Both the position numbers and the translations under genes were made by a program. This document shows, piece after piece, positions 34,201 to 46,200 of a stretch of DNA of 64,000 nucleotides (its first letter is position 1; each line of letters begins with the position of its first letter). Source of the DNA: a virus; IMG/VR virus record IMGVR_UViG_3300020370_000003, positions 17,399 through 81,398 of that record. One strand, given 5' to 3'. The notes below the pieces were generated by a model. It was not told the DNA's origin and ran no database searches. It saw only the letters and a program-made list of their open reading frames with translations.

Positions 34201-37200
34201 ATATCTGACAGTATTAGAGATTCTTACCTCATCAATATGACCGATAAATCCAGTTCCAAATGCATAACCAACACCAATAAACAGTGGTTTAGCAGTATAA
34301 GTTGTGTTATCAGTTCCAGTACCAACCTCAACACCATCAATATACATCTTACCAGATGTACCTGTTCTAGTGTAAGCAACATGAGCCCATGTATCAGCAG
34401 TTAGAGATGTTCCAACAGAAGTTACAAGATCTGCATTATTAACATTCCAACGAACTTGACCACTTTCGAGATATACTCTCAATGCAACTTCATTAGCACT
34501 TGAAACTCTTGTATCAAAAACATCGATAGTTCCACTTAATGAAGAAGAATCAGGACGTATATAGAATTCAAAAGTAAAGTCACCACTACTAAATGCAATT
34601 TCATTAGTTGTTTGACACCAGATATAATCTGTTGTTCCAGCAGTTAATTGTAATGAAGCAGCACCATACTTTTTCTGTGCGGTATCAATCTGAGCACTAC
34701 CAGCAAAAGTAAAATCAAAATAGTCTTCACCATTAGACTTAGTTCTACCAATCTTACCAAGATATACTGTATTACGTGCTTGGTTATATCCAATAACTTC
34801 AGCCTTAGTATCTCTAGATCTTATAACTTGACCAGAACTAAAGAATCCAGTTCCTTCTCTATCATAGAAGGACATCTTTCTAACTTTACCAGTTTCACCA
34901 GTTACAAATTCATTAGTATTATTACCATATTCAATCTTATAATTACGAATATTTTCATTAAGTTGTAACGTTCCTGTTAAATTATTAAATGGAACAATAT
35001 AATTATTAATCTGTTCATTAGCTGGGAAGTTACCATTATAAGGAGTTAGATTATCGGTAGCATCAACAATACTTACTGCAGATGATGCAATATCATCTAA
35101 AACAACATTTGGATAAGTCTGAGATGTAATTCTGTTGAATAATAATCCAAAGAATGAAGAACCAGGAGAGATATCAACCTGACCAATAAATTCTTGAGTT
35201 ATAGGATCTTGATAAGCAGATGTTGAAGTAATTCGTGCTATAACACCAGACTGTGCTCCATAGATAACATCATTCAACTGAATATCAAATAATCCAGGTG
35301 TTGATGTATATGTACCTGCAGTCTTACTTAAAGTTAGTTGATCAGTAACCTCAATTTTAGTACTATAAAGTGGAGTATTATCTTGCTGATTCGCTGCAGT
35401 TGTACCAAGAACATTTCTTACAACTGTAAGTGATGTGGATTCTGCATTATCTACAGTGCCTACAAGAGTAAAGATTTCAGATCCTACTTGATAATTAACA
35501 TTAGCAACAAATGTTCCTACAGGTACTGGTTGGTCAGTAGATGCAGTTGGGTCAATAACTTCAAATACAGTTGTAGAAGGACCAATAGAATACCTTAATT
35601 TAGCAATAGGCATCTCTTGTCCAGTTTCTAAGTTAACTGCTTCAACCTTTGCAGTATTACCTTCTAGGTTTGTAATATTTTCACCAAAAGTAAATAGTCC
35701 GATACTTCCAACTGGAGTTATAGATGCTAAGTTTCCAGCAAATCCTGTTGCTACAACGTTACATAATTCACCAAGTATAAAACTACCATCAGTTATATAA
35801 CCAGTAACTACATTACCAACTACTTTCAATACAGTAAATCTAGCATCAGTAGAACTACCCTTAATCTCATTACCAAGACCAGGATAAATTCCACTAGGAT
35901 TATTGAATGTCATTTCATATCCTTGAATAGCATCAATGGTAACAGAAGCATATTTAACACTTGCTGGTGGTCTTGGTGGTTCATTGAATACTATAGAATC
36001 CTGTTGGATTGTAAATGCTGTCTCTGGGTTTTGTACAACACCATTCAAGACAACCATTAACTGATTTGCGTTAGCAACAACAGTACCACCATTAACTGTT
36101 AATGGGAATGAAGTCTTAATACCATCAAACTGGTCTGATATATCATCAACTCTCTGTACAACAGAAGTTAGAATGTTCTCAGAAGATGTCAATCTCTTCT
36201 GTCTGAATAGTACTTCTGTATTATTAAACTCAGTATAAATTGGATCTACAAGAGCAAAGTTTTGAATATTTGGAACAATTGCTTCTTGAGCAAGTTCTAC
36301 AGACTTAGTAAGTTCAAAGAAAGTATCTTTATTAGGAATCTCTCCATACTCATTCAAGTTCAACTCACCAAACACCTTAAACGATGCAGGGTGAACGTTT
36401 CTGATTAGAATTTCTTTCCACTCACTGATAGAAACAGCAGACTTAACAGCATAAGAGAAGTCCTGATAGTAGTAAGAGTCTTGAATCTTTTGAATAATTT
36501 CAGATGGTTTACCAACATCATCAATAAACTGACCAGTAGTCTTAGTTATAGAACCAATATCTAGAACACCACGAGCAAACTTAAGGTCACTAATAGTACC
36601 AGAAGACTTAGAAATAACACCAGTTATTTGTTCACCTTCTGAAAATACACCATCATAATTAACAATCTTAAGAATTCTAGGTCCAATCTGCCAACCAGAG
36701 TTGGTTGAAACATATCCTTGTGCTGTTGATGTCTCTAATGAATCACCCTGATAAACAAGTTCACCTTCAAGGAAGGTAGAAGTAATAACATTAGCAGTAG
36801 CAGCACCACCAAATGATTCAGTTAAGATACTCTGACGACCATCACCAGCGTTAACAAATGATAATGCATCACCCAATTCTGCGTTTTGAGGAGTAATAGC
36901 GATCTTTAATTGATCATCTTCTAGAGAGTTTGCACTACCAGAAATTGCATAATAAGTAGTATTTGGATTAAGACGACCTGTTGCACCAGCAGCTAGAGGA
37001 TAATCAGCACCATCTCCAGTATCTGTTACAGCAACACTAATTTCAGCACCATTAGTAATACCATGTGGATAAGCAAACTGTAATAAACCTAAGTCAAGGT
37101 TAACAACATAGTTAAATGAAGACCTAAGACTTACAGAAGGAGTGGAAGAATATCCAGCACCTGGGTCTTTAACTTCAACAATATCCAATCTACCATTCTT

Positions 37201-40200
37201 AATAGTTGCTTCAGCAGTTGCTCCAGATCCACCACCACCTGTAATAACAACAGTAGGTGCTAATGAATATCCAGAACCTGGATTAGTAACAGTAATACTT
37301 TCAAGAATACTTGTAGAAGTTAACTGAGCATTAAGTGGGAATGTAATCTCAGGACGTAAAGTATAGTCATGAGGATAATCATAACCAAAGTTATTATTCT
37401 TAAGTTTCTTAATCTTACCAACCTTATCACCCTTAGTGAAGATAGATGCTTCAGTACCGAAAGGTGGAATAACAACTGATAAATCTGCACCAGATCCAGT
37501 TAAACCAGCACCAAGAATACCAGAAACACCTTCAACGTCAATTGTAGCAGAAGTGTATCCTTTACCTGGAGATGTGACAAGAACTTCTTGAATCTGACCT
37601 GGAATGGTTATACCTTCATCATCTTGTCCATCTGCAACAGTAATTTGAACAAATCCACCTTCACCATCACCAGCAATAGGTACACCATTATATGTTCCTA
37701 CAGCATATTCAGTTCCTGGTTCAATAATTTGAACTCTTTCAATCTTTCTTGTAGATGCGATACCAGTAACAATAGGTAACTTAGTATAGAAACCACCTGG
37801 ATTAATGATACGGATATCTCCAATAGAACCAACTGCTTTTAATGAACTTGTAGTATATGAAGTTCTTGAAATATCACCAATACCTTCTGGCTCATTTAAT
37901 AATGGGAATTTAAATACATCAGCACCACGAGTAATTGTTTGACCAGAAGTACTGCTAATTGTAAATGTACCAGTATAAGGTGAATCTGTTACATCAAGAT
38001 AACTATCAGAAATTACAGGAGAATCAGCACCAGTTCTAGAAGGATCGAAATAGTAGGAAATATTAGTAACTATATCACTATCAACTTTCAACTTAACTGA
38101 TGGATTTGGTTCTCCTTGACCAGTTAAACCAGGAGTTCCAATTCTTTCAATAGAGTTGAATGAATATTCCAACTTATAAAGATTATCCTTAGCAAAAGAT
38201 AAATTACCACCAACAAGTGTAGAATGAGCTAAATCAAAGATATACTGATGTCCATAGTACATCTTTAGAGTTGGAGACTTAACAAATATACCAACACTAG
38301 CAGCATTAGTTGCAGGAGCAGTTATAGCAGTTTGTGGTAATTTGTAAGTAAATTCAAGTGGACTTACAACAGTATCAACAGCAAATGCACCATCATACTC
38401 ATCGTAAACAAGACCACCATCTGTTTGTGATGGGTTACCATCAACATAAACAATTTCACCTTCAGACAAGTAATGACTTGTTCCTGTAATTACATAAACT
38501 TCATCACTATTAGCAACAGCAGTTATTTGAAGTATTCTTTCTAGATTAGAAATCAATGTAATCTTAGTAACACCTATTAAATTTGTTATCTCACATGTAT
38601 TGTAATTAGCATTGAAAGATATATCGCTAGATGTAAGTGAAACTACAGATCCAACAATAAACGATGAACTACCACCAATTTCATCAATTCTAACTGAATA
38701 GTCACCTACATTAAATGGTTTAAATCTAGCAAAGTCATCTAAGTTATTAGTACCACCAATATTAGCAGGAGCATCATAAGTGGACATATCAATATCAAAT
38801 GTTCCAGGAGTTGTATTGTTTACCTGTGCGAAGGTATATGCCTTCATTTCATTAACATCATTTGGAATAGGACCAACTATTCCATAAGTATCTTGTTCAT
38901 TAAATTGCTCACTAACTAAAATACCAGTGTTTAAATCATTAGTCCAAGGATTATTCTGAACAGCAACATAAATTTTTCTGTTAGGTATATCAGATTTAAT
39001 GATATATCCACTATTAATAAAGTTACCATTAGAAAGATTATTAAGTCTTAACTTAGAACCAGTAGTAAATATGAACGGTTGATTTATAGTTAACTCTTGA
39101 ATATTATCAATTTTAACTGTATTAGTAACCTTAAAGAAATATCTATCCTTAACTACAGCAGATACTTGTAATTTTTGAGAACCTGGAGAAGGAACAGTCG
39201 CTGTTCTAGAACTCCAAATATCATTAGTATAAGTTAATGTCTCTGTACCTGGAGTCATTGTTATAGTAGCATCATCAAAGTCTAAAGTTTGTAGACCTGC
39301 ATCACCTAACGCAAAATCAGCTTCACCTATTGTCATTGAAGATCCAGTAACAGGAGTTACAGAAGTTCTGACAAATCCTAATTGAGTATTAGTTTGTACA
39401 CCTTTATCACCCAATCTAGTAGAATCAGCATTCTTATCTACTTTTAAATTCCATCCATTATGGTCAATATAATCATACTTGGTTAAATTATTAGTAAACC
39501 AAGCAGTGTCTGTCCAAGCAAATCCTAATGCAAATGATGCAACAGGAGGTAAACTCGAAATATCAGAAGGTACAGTTACAGTAACTGCTCTATTTCTCAA
39601 TCTAATATTATCAATGAAGAATTGACCTTGATAATTTTGACTGAAATCTGTAGCACCAGCACCAAAACCAACCTGGTTACCAAAGTACAAGTCCTTAGTA
39701 GCAAAAGAAGTATTTGATAATGTACCTGTTATTACTTCTATACCATTAACAAATGCTTTAAATACATTACCTTCTTTCCTTACAGCAATGGTTTGCCAAC
39801 TATTGTCAGCATACATTGTTGTTTGTGTGGATGATTGTCCAGAACCATTAATTAACTGAGTTGTTTGATTGGTAATAACCATCTGCAACTCACCAGAGGA
39901 ATTATCATATCCTAACCATAGTCCACCAGTAGCATCTCTAGCACCACCGATACCCATTATAGTTTGGACATTTTGTGATAAAGTCTGAGATTGTGACCCA
40001 GATTTGTATATAAAGAACTCTAAAGTCCAATCATTTGCTAATGTTGTACCTAAATCAGATCCAGCAACCTTAAGATAAGAATTTTCCCATGTAGAACTAG
40101 ACCCAGCTGGTTGATAACCATAGATCTTTGCCATATTATCATCATAAGTTATAGCATTACTTGCTCCAACTGAAGTTAAAGTATAGTTGCTAGTTAGATC

Positions 40201-43200
40201 TGTTTGCTCATTAGCAGCAAAATCGAATATAAACTCATTCCTATTCCATTGAGTTTGACCAGAAAGGTAAACATCACCAGAATTATCAGTATTAACTGAA
40301 TGAACGGTTATACCTTCAATACGGTTTTTATTAAATTCATTAGTTGTATGATTCTTAATAATACCATTATATCCAATCTTAACTGAATCTACAGTTTTAA
40401 CACCAGTTGTAGTATTGTCTCTACTAAATGCAACGTTTAAATCTCCAAATATATCGATAGAACTCCTATCTGCCATAGTGATATCTCTACCAGGAGCAAC
40501 ATAACGATAATTCCAAATTATATCACCAGTTCTACTAACTTTACAAACCCAAAAACTATCTTTCTGTGTAGGATCAGACTTAAATCTTAATGAACAAGAA
40601 ATATAACACTCATTAAATTCGTCAAAGACAAGACTACCATCAACTAATGAATATACAGATGTACTATACTCTTTAATAAAGTCTATATTAATTGCACTTG
40701 TAGTTAAAGTTGCTTTACCAAATGCAAGATTAACATCGGTAGTAGATTGATTTAACCCTACTTCCATTAAGAAGTATAATTCTGTAGCTCCTGAAGTAGT
40801 CGTTATGACCTTCATATCTACAATCTTTTCAGATTTACTAGTAGATACAAGCTTTCTCTTAATAGCAAAATTACCAGTACTATCAATAGATGCTAAGAAT
40901 GCATCATATGGGTTACTGGAATTTGTATTAGTATAACCACCAATAATGAAACGAGTATCACTCCATTTTTGAATTGAAGTTACATAGTCAGCACGAGTAG
41001 CACCAGAGATACCAGCATATCCTTTTTGGAACTGTAATCCAGCACTCAATCCATTTTCTGTCTGAGTATACTTAGCAAGTATAACATCTGGATTATATGC
41101 ATTAAGTAGATTAGAATTTGGCTTATTATTACCAACCACCCAAACATCAAGACCATCTACATAAAGTTTTTGAAACTCTGTATAGTATTGTCCATCAGTA
41201 CTCTCTAGAGTATTCTCCCACTCTTTAACACCTGTAGCAGATAATTTAGCAACAAAACCTACTGAATTTCCAACAGCATCTTTTGTTTTACCACAAATAA
41301 AGATCTCTTTATTATCACTAACGTAAGTATCATTAATTTTAACATAATTCTGATTTCCAATTTTAGAAAGATAATAATCCGCTTTCTTAAAGACCTGTGG
41401 ATGAGATAATATAACACGAGGATTAGATGTATATCCAGAACCAGAATTTAAAATATTAACTTGATCAATAGCACCAACAGTTGATACAACTGCTTCTAAT
41501 TTTCCAGAAGTACCATCACCATCAATTGTAATAGTTGGTGGAATATCTGTATTGTATCCAGAACCTCTTTGGTCAATAACAATCTCTTCTATACCTTTAT
41601 ATTGACGAACTACAAACGTTTTGTTTGTATTCTGCATTATAGGAGTATAATCTATATAAACAACATCACCAGCAATTAGATTATGAGGATCTGCTGTCTG
41701 TAAGACACCATAATTAGCACCACTAATATTCTCAAAATCATATGCAGCAACTGCTTCACCCTTGATTTTTGAAATACGAGCAGATACACCAGCTCCATCA
41801 GTATCGGTATTATCAAATATTAATCTATCATCTACCTGATAATTCTTACCTGTGTTCTCAACAGTAAATCCAGTAACAGAAGCATCTTCAAATTTAGTTG
41901 TTGTTTCAACTTCAATATCAACTTTAGAGTCAAATTTAACTTTAGGGAAGTAATCAAATAACTGTAAAGGTGACTCCTCAAACATTTGATCGGGGTCAGC
42001 AGTCTCTTCTGGACCTATAATTCCATCTCTATTTTCATCCTCTACTTCAAACAACAAGATCTCACCATCTTCAGTTGTTAAAGCAGCAGTAGAAGCATTA
42101 GGAACCCTTTCAACATCAATATCAACATTCTCATAAGGGTCTCTATAACGTACAACTCCAGTTGGTATATTCTGCTGAATTGCATTTGCACTAAGGTTCC
42201 ATTCATCAACAACAGAGTTGAAACTTGGTCCTATAACATATGGGAAAAGTGGACTACCTGCATCAGTAGCATCAATAGTAACGAAATAAGCATAAGCACC
42301 ATTAGGGAAGTCAGGAGTCTTACAAAAACGACCATTATACTGGTCTAAGTCACCTAATCCAAAACTATACTCATAGTCTTCTACAAAATTACCAGCAGGT
42401 TCTTCTGTTAATAATGGACCAGCAGTTCTATTTGGAGTTGGATTAATAGTATCATCATAAATTAATTCATCCTTTAATTTGTAAGAAGTTCTAAGTCTTA
42501 CGGTAGCAGAACTTTGGTCAGTAGGATCAACGTATCCATAAGGACCGTAAATTGGATTACCATCAAATGCCCAACCGATAATTGGAGAGTGAGATAACTG
42601 CTCTTCTTGTTCTAGAATATTTCCTGTGCCAATTTCTTCATAAAGGTTATCACCAAGGATATACCTCATCTTTTGAGGGTTTGAAAGGTGAGCATACTCA
42701 CCACCATACTCATTATTGTAACCAGTAAATACAGAACCTTTAGCAGTATCAAACTGTGAAGTTGCTTGAAGGTTATAATTCCATTGGAATACATTTGCAG
42801 TAAAAGTAGCATTTTGACCAACGGAAGTCAAATTAATAATAGTACTACCTTGGATGTAGTTAATACCTTTGTTAACAATCTCAATATTGGTAACCCTACC
42901 AGCATTTTCACCGTCTGTGTCAATAGTTGCTCTTGCAATTGCACCAAATCCAACACCTTGAACAGATACTTCAGGTGCAGTAGTATATCCAGATCCAGCA
43001 GAAATGATAGCAATAGATATAATTCTACCATCATTAACAATTGCTTGTGCAACAGCACCTTTACCAGAACTTAGTGTTACTGTTGGACTTGAAGTGTATT
43101 GAACACCACCATTAGTAATACCAATAGACTGAATAGGTCCACGAACAGATGCAGTACCAGCAGCACCATTTCCACCACCACCAACAATAGTAATAAGTGG

Positions 43201-46200
43201 TTGTGAAATATACCCAGAACCGCCTGAGTTGATTAGAATACGTGAAACTGACCCTTTAGTGATAATAGCAGTTGCAGCAGCACCAGAACCACCTCCTCCA
43301 ACGATTGACACCAATGGAGATGAAGTATATCCAGAACCGCCATTAGTTACAGTAATTTCACTAAGAGAACCGTTAACTACAACACTTGCAGTTGCACCTT
43401 CTCCTCCACCACCTGTCATAGTAATTGCAGGAGGAGATGCAGCATCATATCCAGATCCAGAATTAGTAATGCTAACATCGGTTACAGCACCAAAGGTTTT
43501 TGCTTCGGTTGACTTATAAGACCAAATTGATACACCATTTACCCAAGTACCAATCGGACCTGAAGAAATAGCATTCTTAGTTGAAATTGTAGTAGGTACT
43601 TTAGGGAACCTATTTAATTTACGTTGATTACCTGGAAGTAGAGCAGAACCAGGGAATGGACCTATCTCATAGTTAGGAATACCTGTAGAAGCAACATAAA
43701 CGTAATTATCATTAAAGAATGAGTTTTGTATGTTAGTGGTATAAGGACTAACTGCATTATTAACAGCAGAGTTGACAGATTTACCTTTATTAAGGTCAAC
43801 AGATACTAAAATATTACCCTGTGGTATAACAGTAGCAGGTTGAGGTAGATTATACTGGAATATAAGGTCGCTATCCCTAGAAGTTACTAAAAATGTTCCG
43901 TTATAGATGATTGGGTTAGCACCATAAATGGTAACCTGATCTCCAACCAATAAACCATGAGGATTGGTACAAGTTATAGTAGCAGACTGATTATTAACAC
44001 CACCATAAGTTACAGTGTCAACATCAATCAATTTTTTGACGTTATACAACCAAGTAGTAAGATCTGGACCAACACCAGTACCACCAAGCTTGGAAACCGT
44101 TAATTTATCTCCAGGTAAGTAATAAGAACCTGTATCTGTTAATGTAGTTTGTTGAGCATCAACAATACCAACAATATTCATTACAACTTCTTGAGCAGTT
44201 CCCTTATTAAGATAAACTCTAAAGTTTGATGTTACTTCAGTAGCAGAATCCCAATCTTCAACTACATTATTGACTGAACGAGTACATTCAATAAACTGGT
44301 TAAGTGATTTCTCCTTATACTGTACAAGTTCTGAACCAGTTCCAGTACCGATTAAAAATTCACCGTTTCTTTCTGGCCAACCGATAGTAGAGTCAACTGT
44401 AATAATACCATCGGTAAAATTCAAAGGCTCTGCAAGTTTAGTCTTATATGGAACTGTAAACGTACCATTAATAGTTTCTTCAGAAAGAACCAATTCATAT
44501 ATTGTTAGTTCTGAAGTTTTAATAGAAATAAAGTTTTCTACAAGAGCACTTGCTGCTTGAACATTATCATCTGCTATATCTCTATCTTGTATTAATAAAG
44601 CATCTTTTATATTATTAGAATCACCACTAACCAACGTTGCCCGAAGAATTGTATCAATAGACCAAGTAGCATCAGAAGGCTTAATTATTTGGTCTTTTGG
44701 ATATGAAATACTTACAGTTTCACCATATAATAACTTAAAGAGATAAGCAATACTATAAGAAGTACCTTTAGAAGCATAAAAGTCCTTAATAGTCTTAATT
44801 GCTGTTCTAACGTCAATTTGAGAGTAATCTAGAGAAGGTACATCAGGTAAGAACTGTTCTGTATACTTATCAAGCAATCTCTTGATGAATAACGCATCCA
44901 AACATTTAACAGGAGTATCTGTAACTGCTGTAGATGCTACTGTAACATCAGAGAATACTGCATTACCATCTTCAGAATATTCTTTAATACCACTTGCTGC
45001 TCTAGCACATCCTTCAAATTTTGCTTTACTATATCCAGTACCATTTTGATTTACTGTAAATCCAGTAACTTCATTAAGTCCAACTGTAGCAGATGCTTCT
45101 GATGAAGGTGGTTCTTGAATAAAGATAGTTGGAGGTTCAGTTGCACTATATCCAGAACCAAAATTGGTTATATTAATATCAATAATCTGACCATTGAAAA
45201 TAGATGCAACAGCAGTAGCTCCAGTACCACCAGCATAGTTACCAAGTTGATCTACTCTTTCATCAACAATATAAACCGATGGAACATCTTGATATCCACT
45301 ACCACCATTTAAAAGTTCAATATCTGTTACTCTTCCATCACCATCAACTTTTGTTTGGAGAATTTGTGCTCCTGTTGGATCTACAACAGCAACTCTAGGA
45401 GTTCCTACGTACCCTTGACCAGCATTTAATATCTGAACAGAAGTAATTCTTCCGTCTGTTAATACTGCTCTTAATGATGCTCTAATGCCATCTACTTCAG
45501 TAGGTTCATCAATATAAATGTCAGGTACAGTTGTATAACCAATACCACCATTAGTTACAGTTATACCACCACTAATAGAACCGTTAGATATCGTTGGAGG
45601 GTCAATTTTACCGCCTCCAGGTTGCCTAAAGCTAAGTCTAGGTGTGAATGTATATCCACTACCTGAATTAAGTACTTCTAGTCCACTAACAGCACCATTT
45701 GTAACAGTTGCTCTAATACTTGCTGTTGTAGAACCTGGTTTTGTAGGTGATTGAACATCTACTAGAGGTGGGTTTGTATCACTATACCCATATCCTCCAT
45801 CAAGAAGAGAAACACTCTTAATACCATTAACTAATGCTGTTGCAGCTGCCCCAGATCCATTTTCAGATTTAATAGAAACTTTTGGTGGATATTCAAACCT
45901 ATAGTTACTACCATTAGTATTTGTAGAAATACCAGTTAAAGTACCAGCATCATCTATACGTGCATATCCAATAGCACCTGCACCAAAAGAAGGAATTGGT
46001 GCTTCAACAGAGTATAATGATAAGAATCTACCATTTAAAGGTGCGTCTTTAAATATAAACTGATTTCCATCAATAAAGAAGTCTACTTTTGGAATAAGAA
46101 GTTCATTATCATAAATCGCTAAAACATACTCATCTATAACAGGTTCGTATAAAGCACCATCTCTTGTTATAGTAAATTGACGATTACCTTCACCAAAACT